NCBI GenBank assembly: GCA_038886995.1
Contig: JAWALG010000014.1
Location: 1 to 24,481, forward strand
DNA: 24,481 bases
Direction of reading: 5' to 3'
Source: Candidatus Iainarchaeum sp.
GTDB taxonomy: Archaea > Iainarchaeota > Iainarchaeia > Iainarchaeales > DTGL01
Under the pieces are notes generated by a model that saw only the letters and a program-made list of their open reading frames with translations, did not search any database and was not told where the DNA came from. The translations under genes were made by a program, and so were the position numbers. This document shows, one piece after another, positions 15,475-24,235 of the stretch; position 1 is the stretch's first letter; each line of letters begins with the position of its first letter.

Positions 15475-15541
15475 TTTATAAACTTCTCTTTACAAACTCA
15501 GAGCTTCCCAACTCATCTTAACTCAAAGTGATGTTTATAAA
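15475..15541. promoter_or_regulatory. Divergent promoter region for cdc6 and sepF with two palindromic TTTATAAA boxes
   Basis: TTTATAAA at 15475-15482 reads aagagaagTTTATAAA on the minus strand, a BRE+TATA pointing toward cdc6. A second TTTATAAA at 15534-15541 lies upstream of sepF. Confidence 0.55.
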
Positions 15542-15603
15542 TTTAATTATATGCCTTTAATATATAGTCTAAGTGTAAGGCAAAAAAAGGTGAGGTGATA
15601 TTT

Positions 15604-15960
15604 TTGGCATTGCTAAACAAAGTTTTTAAAAAAGAAGAATTTGATATTGAGGACTTTCTAAACAGCCTTGATGTTGAAGAGGAAACAATGTATGAGGATG
15701 TAGACGCTTTTGTAAAGCCCATGGTTCTTTCAGAAGAGGCGGATGTTGACAAAGTAATTAAAGAGGTGCGATCCGGAAACATAATACTCCTCAATGTTGA
15801 GGCTCTAACAAAGAGGAATGTACTTAAAGTAAAGGAATATGTAAATAAGCTAAAATCATTTGTTGGTGAGATAGACGGAGACATAGCAAGGATTTCCCAC
15901 GACAGGATAATTATTACCCCCTCCAAGGTAAAGATAATAAAGAAGAAGATAAAGGAGTAA
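15604..15960 (+). CDS. sepf: Cell division protein SepF (archaeal type, FtsZ membrane anchor)
   Basis: N-terminal amphipathic segment (ALLNKVFKK), acidic linker, then VDKVIKEVRSGNIILLNV...LKSFVGEIDGDIARISHDRIIITPSKVKI, typical of SepF. The strong SD GAGGTGA (15592-15598) favours TTG15604 over GTG15595. Confidence 0.9.
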   Translation: MALLNKVFKKEEFDIEDFLNSLDVEEETMYEDVDAFVKPMVLSEEADVDKVIKEVRSGNIILLNVEALTKRNVLKVKEYVNKLKSFVGEIDGDIARISHDRIIITPSKVKIIKKKIKE

Positions 15961-16000
15961 ATATCTATCCAGCCACCACCCAAGTGTCACACTGAAGCTT

Positions 16001-16069
16001 AAAAAGGAAAGCAGCAGCAAGGCAACTATTAATAACTGTAAATTGTTTGTTTGCTGCTTTTCCTCTTTT
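16001..16069. terminator. Long imperfect inverted repeat between convergent sepF and polC; probable bidirectional terminator
   Basis: aaaaaggaaagcagcagcaaggcaa ... ttgtttgtttgctgcttttcctctttt. The core ggaaagcagca/tgctgcttttcc pairs, with an A-tract on the left and a T-tract on the right. Confidence 0.6.
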
Positions 16070-16109
16070 CACATACGTCAGATGCCATCGCATGCAAAGC
16101 AATTAATAA

Positions 16110-19100
16110 TCATAAAAATTCTGCAAGCATCTTTTGTGGCTTTGCTTGGGTCTTAAAAAGAGAGCCTATCTCGTCTTCAATTTGTAGTGCTCTTTGTTCT
16201 AAGTATTCACCCAGCCCATAATCTTTAATTATCTTCTTCGTGACTTCCAAGTATTTTTCAACACTGCCCCGTGCTATAGTTAGTATGAGGCCTTCCTTGC
16301 CGCATTTTAGGCATTTTCCGCTAAGGGGTATTCTCCTATACTTTGTATTACAGGTTGTACACCTAAATTGCTGCCGGCAGAAAGACCTAGTATTTCCTAT
16401 TATGTCTGGCAAGAGGTGTGTTTCTATCACCCTTGCTAAAGAGTCCTTAAGGTTAACCGCCTTTATCTTGCTCTGAAGCTGTGCTTGCTTGAAAACCTTT
16501 TCTTCCATTGTCTTTAGCATTACATATGTAGAATACTCCGGACCTGAGCAAACATCTGAGGATTCATGCGTATATAGAAACCCACTATACTGCTTTTCAG
16601 TGTTGAGGCGATCCTCAACGCATTCAACCTTAACTGCATCTGGCAAAGCAAAGCTTAAGCTTTTCTCATATAATTCCAAAGGATACTTGCCTGCAACGTC
16701 CATACAGTAAACCTCAGTGTCTATCTCATCTGGTTTAAGTACTGTTGTGAAAACCAAAGGCGCATCCATCCTTCCGCCACGCGAGCTCGAAAGATAATGC
16801 TGCGAAAAGTTTAGTAGCACATCCATAAGAAGAAGTACCGAATCTTGGTCACCATCTGCGTTTCTCCTTTTGGTCTGGTGGAAATAAGGGTGCGCCAAAC
16901 AGCCCCTTGTTTTTGTAAATCCTATTATTCGCCCAACAATTGCGGCAGAGGTGTGTGGTGCAAGAGCAAGCACATAATGTCCTACCAAATCTTCCCTAGT
17001 TTTTACATTGTAAAAAGGTTCTGCTCCATAGAACTTTTGAAGTTCATCATCAACAAAGTTGGCAACTTTTACAAGGAAGTCACCAGCCTTATTATGTATA
17101 ATTATATCTTGTGGCATTAGTTCTAAAACCTGGTCTTCGCTTTTTAGCTCATCGCCAAATATATCTCTAGTGTAGCCCAATGCTTTTAATCTTTCTAAGC
17201 TTACATTTGCCTCTTTTGGCTTAAAATGCGTTAAAGGGATGTTTATGAGGTCATACCTTATGGTGCCGTCCCTAAATGTATGCAAGTTATACTTGGCCCT
17301 TAAAAGGCCTTTCTCCAAAGGTTCAAAAACTTTCTCAGTGCTTATTAAACCATGAACCCCCTTAAAGGGATTTGGAACCTTTAGGTTTAGGCCTTCAGCA
17401 GCTTCTTTTAAAAGCAGGTCCAACCTTTCTTTTCTGATTGTGTAGTGTTTTGTGTCATTGCCGCATTTCTCACATACTTCGCCTTCTGCTTTTGTTTTGC
17501 AGGATGGGCAAAAATTTAGTGCAACTGTGCGTGTATCACATTTTTTACAGAAATATTTTGGCATAATTTGCTTGCATTTGGGACATTGCATTGTTATTAT
17601 TTCAATCTCTATTCCAACTTTTTTTTCTGATTCTGTTGCGGCCTTATTTATGCTTCTAGTGCTGCCACCATAATCACCTATTGGAAACAAAGTGTGTGGG
17701 CTACCTTTCATAAGCCGCTCGTCAGAGGCCTCAGGTCTCCCCATGCGTGCACCCAAGAAGGTTCCACATTTGTCCCTTACTCTAATGCCGCAAACCTTAC
17801 TGATGAACCTATTTACATCTTCACCAGCATCATCCGTTTTTTCAATCTCAGCATTGCTGAAAAGAGTGGCAAGAACAGTGGAATCGGGCTCACTTATAAT
17901 TATTTTTGAGTCCATGCATTTGTGCGGAAGGCCAATTTTTTCAAGCACTTCTTTTAATTCACTCTCACATTCAATCAATATTTCATTTTCACTTTTTCTA
18001 CAGCTCTTCTTAACTGCTTTTATCAACATTTTGATTTCTTCAACATCAGCCGCCCTGTAATAATATGAAAACTTTGGGTGCAAAGCTATTCCATAATTTC
18101 TTGAAAGCTCTAAAGCTTCACTAAAAGAGACCTTTTTTGGGTCTTTCAAAGCTTTTAGAGCAATTTCTTTCTCTTTACCCATTGCATGAACTTTGCCTAT
18201 TGCTTCTTCAAGTTCTAAGGCCCACCACTCTTCATTATAGCCAGCTGGTAGCAGCGGGTGTGCGCTGTATTTGAAGTCACCATATGCAATAAGTATATCG
18301 CCCAAAAAGAGAATTTTTTCTACCTTGTCCTTTATGGCTTTTGCTTCATCTAAGGAATCAATCTTTGCAACAGACCCATCTTTCAGCTTCACAATCGGGC
18401 CTTCAATGCTGTCACAAGCAGTTATTACCGCAGATTTCCCAGGCCTTTCAATCTTTATCTGGGTGCCTATTGCTATGAAGTCCTCTAGCAAAGCCATAGT
18501 TGCAGGATGTATTGCTTTTCCCATAATTCCGCTTGCCCTAGTGCGCCCATATCTTAGCCTAAAGCCACCTATTTCGCCAGGATAACTGAAAATAGGCCTA
18601 CCAACAGCGACACCTTCTAAGTATTTGTAGCTTGGCTCAATCTCTGAAATTGATTGTTCGCTTTTCTCATGCTTTATTATTCCTTCAAGCCAACTCCAAT
18701 CGAGGTTTAGCATTGAAGCAAACTTTAGAGCTTTCCTTGCCTTTAAAGCTACGCCTTCGCTTATAACCAAGCAGGCACCGCCGCGAACCCTATTATGTGG
18801 TATCCTTGGAAGGTCTCTGTGAACAGACACTTCGCGCTCCTCTGTTGGTTCGCCATTTATGCAAACAGGACAACCATTTATTATCTTTCTTATTTCATCA
18901 TCACTCATCTTGTATTGTCTGCTAACTATTTCATCATATATTTGTATTTCCTCAACATATCTTTCAACTTCGTCCTTTGTCGGCTTATACCTGTCAAGGC
19001 CTAAGAGCTTTCTTGCGTAGTCACCAAGTATTAGTGGCAATACTTGGGCAGTTCCGCCAGCAGCCCTTATTGGGCCAGCATAGTATATGTCTATGTAATT

Positions 19101-19520
19101 CGTGCCGTCAGGATTTTTTGAGATTTTTACCTTTGGGATGCCATCTATAGGTGCAACAACTACGCCTTCTGTCTGAAGTACCAAAGCAGTCTTTATTGCT
19201 TGCTCGATTCTTTTTTCATCATTTGGAATGTTACAGATTTTGTTTAGGACAATCTCTTCAAAAATCTTAAATATTGCCTTAATTCTTTTGTTTTCGCCAG
19301 AGATTTCATCTACTATTTGGCGGTATCTTTTAGCAACCCCTTTTGGCCCTGTTATTGTCTCAGCCCTTTCAGCAAGATCGCTAACTGACTGGGTTTCAAC
19401 ATCTTGGCAAAAATCAAAACCTTTTTTTCTTGCGTTTTTAGCTACAGAAACTGCATCTTTTATATCTGACTCTATTTTATTATAGTAATCCCTAATTTGT
19501 GGGCTTGCAACTATTTCCAT
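16110..19520 (-). CDS. polC: DNA polymerase D large subunit DP2
   Basis: YYAGPIRAAGGTAQ, GGFRLRYGRTR, GARMGRPE, FRDGTIRYD, LAPHTSA, catalytic KRRNADGDQD, RGGRMDAPLV, CxxC zinc-binding clusters and C-terminal PIP box QKMLAEFL. Length 1136 aa with no intein-sized insertion. Confidence 0.98.
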   Translation of the reverse strand: MEIVASPQIRDYYNKIESDIKDAVSVAKNARKKGFDFCQDVETQSVSDLAERAETITGPKGVAKRYRQIVDEISGENKRIKAIFKIFEEIVLNKICNIPNDEKRIEQAIKTALVLQTEGVVVAPIDGIPKVKISKNPDGTNYIDIYYAGPIRAAGGTAQVLPLILGDYARKLLGLDRYKPTKDEVERYVEEIQIYDEIVSRQYKMSDDEIRKIINGCPVCINGEPTEEREVSVHRDLPRIPHNRVRGGACLVISEGVALKARKALKFASMLNLDWSWLEGIIKHEKSEQSISEIEPSYKYLEGVAVGRPIFSYPGEIGGFRLRYGRTRASGIMGKAIHPATMALLEDFIAIGTQIKIERPGKSAVITACDSIEGPIVKLKDGSVAKIDSLDEAKAIKDKVEKILFLGDILIAYGDFKYSAHPLLPAGYNEEWWALELEEAIGKVHAMGKEKEIALKALKDPKKVSFSEALELSRNYGIALHPKFSYYYRAADVEEIKMLIKAVKKSCRKSENEILIECESELKEVLEKIGLPHKCMDSKIIISEPDSTVLATLFSNAEIEKTDDAGEDVNRFISKVCGIRVRDKCGTFLGARMGRPEASDERLMKGSPHTLFPIGDYGGSTRSINKAATESEKKVGIEIEIITMQCPKCKQIMPKYFCKKCDTRTVALNFCPSCKTKAEGEVCEKCGNDTKHYTIRKERLDLLLKEAAEGLNLKVPNPFKGVHGLISTEKVFEPLEKGLLRAKYNLHTFRDGTIRYDLINIPLTHFKPKEANVSLERLKALGYTRDIFGDELKSEDQVLELMPQDIIIHNKAGDFLVKVANFVDDELQKFYGAEPFYNVKTREDLVGHYVLALAPHTSAAIVGRIIGFTKTRGCLAHPYFHQTKRRNADGDQDSVLLLMDVLLNFSQHYLSSSRGGRMDAPLVFTTVLKPDEIDTEVYCMDVAGKYPLELYEKSLSFALPDAVKVECVEDRLNTEKQYSGFLYTHESSDVCSGPEYSTYVMLKTMEEKVFKQAQLQSKIKAVNLKDSLARVIETHLLPDIIGNTRSFCRQQFRCTTCNTKYRRIPLSGKCLKCGKEGLILTIARGSVEKYLEVTKKIIKDYGLGEYLEQRALQIEDEIGSLFKTQAKPQKMLAEFL

Positions 19521-21031
19521 TAGGACACCATCATTCTAGCATATATCTTCCTGTCTTTTAGGTTCATTGCAATTGCTATGCCGGGTGTTGGAGTATGCCC
19601 TAGCTTTATTTGATATTCTGTCCTGTCTTGCCACGTACTATTGTTGACTATTGTTGTACCCCTATATGTTAAGTAACCAGTATGATGCAAATCACCCATA
19701 AAAACCAGGTCTGGGCTATCTTTCATAATAACATAATCACTTATTTCTGGAGCATAGGGGTGGCTTAGACCATAAGTAAGCATAAGGCATCTGCGCTTTA
19801 GCAACTCAACTACGCCATATTGTGGCTGATCATAGCTAAGGCCACTGATACTAGCAATAAGGTCATGAAGGCAGGAACCATGATACAGTAGTACTTTAAG
19901 ACCTTCAATTTCTACCCAGCTAGGTGAGCCAAGCAAGTGTATATTGCCTGCAGCATAAAGTTTTGGTACGAATTTTTCTGGTATGGGTTGCTGCGGATCA
20001 GCCCATCGGACAGCATCATGCTGGCCCGGAATTATAAATATTTCAATGCTATCCGGTATTTGCAGCATATAATCTGAAAATAAATCATACTGCTCTTTTA
20101 CGCTTTTTATATTCAGCTCACTATACTGTTTAGGGTATACCCCAATACCATCTACATTGTCACCAGTTACGAACAAATACTTTATCTTTTTTACAAACTT
20201 TTTTTCTTCTTCACTACCAGCATCACCATTGATCCAGCTTATAAACTTCTGAAATGCACCTTCAAGAAAAAGCTTGCTCCCAACATGCAGGTCTGATATG
20301 CTTGCAACACATATATCCTTTTTAGTGAGTTTCATTTCCCTTTGCGGTATATCAGGCCATATTATCTCTTTTGCAAGCAACATTTCCTTTGCTATTTTGA
20401 CACCTCTAACACATATTACATCATCTAGCATTACTTTTTGTCCATCTAAACTAACACCACGTTCATTCTTTGACAATACTACTACACATCTGCCTTCTAA
20501 ATCTTCAAGCTCTATTGCAGTATTTCCAGTTTTAGTTTCCCATTTTCTATAAACCATGCCTATTACTTCTAACTCCTCGTTCTCCTTCACATAGCCAAAG
20601 TTCTTTATCGGCTTAGCACGAATACTATGCCTCTGCTCCAAAATAGATTTTAATGAATTGAACTTAAACCTGAATAACTCAAGAAAGTCATCTGCGCTGC
20701 CATTCCCCTTACCTCTGTTTGCATGGTTTTGCGTTTTTATTACCTTAAAGTTCTTTGGTGCCTGTTCTTGAATAAGCTTCTGGCTTGAAGCCTCATACGC
20801 TTTTTCAGCAGCCTTTGTTTCCTCAGCAAGCATTATCTTTGTCTTTGTTGCTTTTTTTTCAATATCCTTCTTGGTAACAACAAAATAGCCCTCTGAGGCA
20901 AGTTCTTCAATTATATCTCTCCAATCAGACCTTACAAACAGAATATCTAATGCGTCCTTGCTTAAAAAAACCTTTTTATGCCTGGCAAAATCAATAATAT
21001 CATCGCTTTTATTTTTGATTTCCTCATCCAT
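19520..21031 (-). CDS. polB: DNA polymerase D small subunit DP1 (OB fold plus calcineurin-like phosphoesterase, proofreading exonuclease)
   Basis: OB fold (VIGMV...IELEDLEG), SDLHVGS, GDNVDGIGVYPKQ, PGQHD, YHG, GDLH, TWQDRTEYQ. Its stop overlaps the DP2 start (TAATG). Confidence 0.96.
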   Translation of the reverse strand: MDEEIKNKSDDIIDFARHKKVFLSKDALDILFVRSDWRDIIEELASEGYFVVTKKDIEKKATKTKIMLAEETKAAEKAYEASSQKLIQEQAPKNFKVIKTQNHANRGKGNGSADDFLELFRFKFNSLKSILEQRHSIRAKPIKNFGYVKENEELEVIGMVYRKWETKTGNTAIELEDLEGRCVVVLSKNERGVSLDGQKVMLDDVICVRGVKIAKEMLLAKEIIWPDIPQREMKLTKKDICVASISDLHVGSKLFLEGAFQKFISWINGDAGSEEEKKFVKKIKYLFVTGDNVDGIGVYPKQYSELNIKSVKEQYDLFSDYMLQIPDSIEIFIIPGQHDAVRWADPQQPIPEKFVPKLYAAGNIHLLGSPSWVEIEGLKVLLYHGSCLHDLIASISGLSYDQPQYGVVELLKRRCLMLTYGLSHPYAPEISDYVIMKDSPDLVFMGDLHHTGYLTYRGTTIVNNSTWQDRTEYQIKLGHTPTPGIAIAMNLKDRKIYARMMVS

Positions 21032-21035
21032 GCAA

Positions 21036-21314
21036 TCATTCTAACTCTTTTACTTTTTCTTTAACACTTTCAAGTTTGCTTATGGCAGTCCATATCGCAG
21101 TCCTTGTGTGTAAAGGCATGTTTATGTCGTTGCTTATATCATCTAGCAAGTAAATCGCCATTGAAAAATCAACTGTCTTTGGTTTCTTGCAATCAACCTT
21201 TTTTAGGGCGTTTTCGACAGCAGCCCTTATATTTCTTGGCACACCACGGTCTTCAATTATTTCTTTCATAGTATGTATTGCTTCATCCAACTCATCTTTA
21301 ACGCACTTCTTCAT
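21036..21314 (-). CDS. UPF0147 family protein
   Basis: Family signatures EDRGVPRNIR and LDDISNDINMPLHTRTAIW. SD GAGGTG 5 nt before the ATG; ends 4 nt before the DP1 start. Confidence 0.92.
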   Translation of the reverse strand: MKKCVKDELDEAIHTMKEIIEDRGVPRNIRAAVENALKKVDCKKPKTVDFSMAIYLLDDISNDINMPLHTRTAIWTAISKLESVKEKVKELE

Positions 21315-21354
21315 AAAGACACCTCAAAAAAAGCAGTCTTTTCAAAGAATAATG

Positions 21355-21487
21355 TGGAAAAGGTTTAAAGATATTATTTTTTCTCCAATGTCACATTTTT
21401 ATGCTTTTTTGTTCTTTTTGCATAAGTTTATAACCATTTTCCTGCCAAATTATTAAAATCAGCAATATATCAACAACACTTTTATCA
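21355..21487. promoter_or_regulatory. Divergent promoter region for UPF0147-polB-polC and secF-secD-bud32
   Basis: BRE/TATA-like elements: ggaaaaggTTTAAAG (+, ~21356-21370), ggaaaatggTTATAAA (-, ~21442-21427) and caacacTTTTATCA (+, ~21474-21487). I cannot tell which are used. Confidence 0.4.
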
Positions 21488-21503
21488 GCCGTTTGCCTTA
21501 TAA

Positions 21504-22577
21504 GTGGTGGTTTATACGATAAAAATAGATTTTAGCAGGGTATATGCTAAAAATTACAAGCGTTACATGATATTGCCAGTAATTCTTTTTTTCGTTCTGC
21601 CAATAATTGCTTTTATATACCCGGGTATTGAGCGTGGCATAGACCTCAGCGGAGGAACACTAATTATCGTAAGATCTGAAAGGCAGATTTCTTCTGAAAA
21701 CCTTGAAGGTGTTCTTTCAAAGTACGACCTTACAGAGCTTACCGTAGTGCCATTTTCAGGTGGTGTGCAAGTACACTTTGGTGCAAGCAAAAAAATAGAG
21801 GCAGCATCCAGATATATAAAGGATGCTGAAAGCACACTTTCTTCCAATCCACAGCAAAGCCAGGCCTATTGCCAAAATGCATTTTCAGAGCTAAGCCCCT
21901 TTTATAAAGCTGAAGCACCAAAAGACCCAAAAGAATGCATCGAAGAAGCGCGAAAAGCAATTCTCTTAAGCAGGGACTTTTTGAAGGAATCAATTAACAG
22001 GGACATAAAAGCAACACTAAACCTTACTGAAAGCGAGGTTGAGAGGATACAATACACTGAAATTTCACCAGCGCTAGGTGCGCTTTTCTGGGGCGCTGCG
22101 ATAAAGGCAGTAGTAATTGCGGCAATCCTCCTTTTCGTTTTAATGTTCATTTTCTTCAGGGACTTTTTCCCAGTTATAGCAATACTGCAAGCAGGGCTTT
22201 TTGATGTTCTGTTTGCCCTAGCTGCTTTGGCGTTGCTAAGAGTGCCCTTTTCTCTTGTAACTCTTTCAGCACTCCTAATGCTTGTTGGCTATTCAATTGA
22301 CACTGACATAATGCTTACCGCAAGGGTATTGAAGAGCAGCGGGAAACCAAGCGATAATGCAGCATCTGCCCTTAAAACAGGCCTTACAATGACAGGCATT
22401 ACAATAGTAACAGCAGCCATAATGCTAGTTTTCTCGTCAATTTATGCAATTGACATAATTTTTGGCATCTCAGTAGTACTTTTCTTTGGCCTAGTAGGTG
22501 ATCTTATATCAACATGGCTCATGAACGCGCCTGCAATTGTATGGTATGTTGAGAAAAAAGGTGCAAAGCAAAGGTGA
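21504..22577 (+). CDS. secF: Protein translocase subunit SecF
   Basis: NYKRYMILP TM1, GIDLSGGT, ISPALG, five further TM segments, GYSIDTDIMLTAR, TWLMNA. The start codon is uncertain. Confidence 0.95.
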   Translation: MVVYTIKIDFSRVYAKNYKRYMILPVILFFVLPIIAFIYPGIERGIDLSGGTLIIVRSERQISSENLEGVLSKYDLTELTVVPFSGGVQVHFGASKKIEAASRYIKDAESTLSSNPQQSQAYCQNAFSELSPFYKAEAPKDPKECIEEARKAILLSRDFLKESINRDIKATLNLTESEVERIQYTEISPALGALFWGAAIKAVVIAAILLFVLMFIFFRDFFPVIAILQAGLFDVLFALAALALLRVPFSLVTLSALLMLVGYSIDTDIMLTARVLKSSGKPSDNAASALKTGLTMTGITIVTAAIMLVFSSIYAIDIIFGISVVLFFGLVGDLISTWLMNAPAIVWYVEKKGAKQR

Positions 22578-22581
22578 TGTT

Positions 22582-24216
22582 ATGGCAAACAGCGCTATGG
22601 AATTGCTCAAAAGCTATAGGATTTGGATTTTGCTTCTAGGGATTTTAGCAGGCGCAATATGCTTAATGGTTGCTGGCATAAACTTTGGCATTGACTTTGA
22701 AGGCGGAACAATGTTTCAGGTACAGCTCAGCGAAAAGATAGACCCTGCAAAGATGGAAGAAGTTTCAAATGTTATTGAAAAAAGGCTCAACTGGAGCGGC
22801 CTTCAAGATGTTAGGGTTTACTCAACATCAACAGAAGAAAACAACTTTCTTTTCATTGTTGTTAGAAATGTAAACCCAAAAGAGGTTGAAAACCTAGGAT
22901 CTTTAATAACTCAACAAGGGCGATTTGAAGCAAAGCTTGGCAAAGACATTCTTTTTACAGGGAAGGACTTGCTGATGATTGATTCTGGTGTTAACACAAG
23001 CACCGTAGTGAAAGTATCAGAGAATTCTTACCGATGGACTCTGCCTTTTGTGCTCGAAGTATCAGCAGCAAGGCGCTTTAGGGACTTGACATTTCACAAA
23101 TGTGAGCCGATAATGCAAACAGGCGGTGAAATGGATTATGACTGTGAATACACCTATTTCTTTATCGACAGGCCTCATGACAAAGTAATTGTGCTCACAT
23201 CGCAAACTTATGAGAACGATAAAGCATATTTTGCTTCTGGAACAGCTGAGGTGCCAGCAGGCACAAAAATAGAAGAAGTACTTGATGTTATCGATACTAC
23301 TGTTATTGTTGTAGATACAAATTCTCAGGACTCTGTACAGAAAGCGATAGATGATATTAAAAATGCATTAAAAGACAAAAAAGGCATACTTGCTGACCCA
23401 ATGCTTGGTGACGCAATAATAAGCAGGCTAAATGACCTTAACACCAATGTAAAGATAGTTTATGGCCTAGAAAAAGAACCTTGGCTTTACAAGGTTTCAG
23501 GAATGCGCTCTGTTGTGCGGCTTACGCCATCTGTCACTGGCAACAAGCCCTATGTAGAGCGCAAGGAAGACATGCAACCGCTAACTGACTTGGTTATAAC
23601 TGGCCATGCAACTAGCTATGCTGAAGCAAGCAAAAGAAAAGAGGAGCTTAAAATAATACTCACCTCTGGATCTTTGCCTGTTTCTGTAGAAAGCATAAGC
23701 ACATATTCTGTCTCACCAACGCAGGGAAGGGACTTCTTGGCGAAAGTTGCAATTCTCGCAGTTATAGTTCTTATTGCTGTTTCCGCCATAATCTTCCTGA
23801 GATATAGGAGGCCATTGCTTTCAGTTGCAATAATCTTTACTGCCTTAGTTGAAGCGTTCCTAACGACAAGTTTTACTTCGTTTTTGGGCCAAAGCTTAGA
23901 TATAGCAACATTGGCAGGAATAATTGCAGCAGTTGGCACTGGCGTAGATGACCAGATAATAATAACTGATGAATTGTTGCGTGGCAAGAATGGTGGCAGC
24001 AAAGAAGAGGTCTCACTTATAAGGCGTGCAAAAAGAGCATTGTTCATAGTTGTTGCAGCAGCATCAACAACAGCTGCAACCATGCTGCCCGTAATATTTA
24101 TGGGAAATGTGCTTGTAAAGATAGTTGGCTTCGCATTTGCAATACTCATTGGTGTCTTGGTTGGTGTTCTTATAACAAGGCCAGCATATAGCGAGGTTGT
24201 CAAGAATCTGATATAA
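22582..24216 (+). CDS. secD: Protein translocase subunit SecD
   Basis: GIDFEGGT, IEKRLNWSGLQD, GRFEAK, LTSGSLPV, VSPTQG, GTGVDDQIIITDE, LITRPAY. SD AAGGTGA precedes ATG22582, which is preferred over TTG22537. Confidence 0.96.
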   Translation: MANSAMELLKSYRIWILLLGILAGAICLMVAGINFGIDFEGGTMFQVQLSEKIDPAKMEEVSNVIEKRLNWSGLQDVRVYSTSTEENNFLFIVVRNVNPKEVENLGSLITQQGRFEAKLGKDILFTGKDLLMIDSGVNTSTVVKVSENSYRWTLPFVLEVSAARRFRDLTFHKCEPIMQTGGEMDYDCEYTYFFIDRPHDKVIVLTSQTYENDKAYFASGTAEVPAGTKIEEVLDVIDTTVIVVDTNSQDSVQKAIDDIKNALKDKKGILADPMLGDAIISRLNDLNTNVKIVYGLEKEPWLYKVSGMRSVVRLTPSVTGNKPYVERKEDMQPLTDLVITGHATSYAEASKRKEELKIILTSGSLPVSVESISTYSVSPTQGRDFLAKVAILAVIVLIAVSAIIFLRYRRPLLSVAIIFTALVEAFLTTSFTSFLGQSLDIATLAGIIAAVGTGVDDQIIITDELLRGKNGGSKEEVSLIRRAKRALFIVVAAASTTAATMLPVIFMGNVLVKIVGFAFAILIGVLVGVLITRPAYSEVVKNLI

Positions 24217-24235
24217 CACCTTGAAGCTGTCCCAA

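Noticed and set aside
15543-15983. 146-aa minus-strand ORF
   Set aside because: It is antisense to sepF, which has clear family motifs and a strong SD.
15415-16109. Canonical ORB elements (TCCAxTGGAAA with G-string)
   Set aside because: Not found by eye on either strand of the two intergenic regions. Only partial half-sites are present, reported as a weak finding.
16110-19520. Intein in DP2 (also considered for Cdc6 and Hel308)
   Set aside because: Protein lengths are normal, motifs are contiguous, and no LAGLIDADG or HN|C junction was seen.
21315-21503. tRNA or other ncRNA in intergenic gaps (also 1811-1923, 4340-4485)
   Set aside because: The gaps are very AT-rich, with no cloverleaf, T-loop GTTCRA in a stem context, or C/D box pair that I could support.
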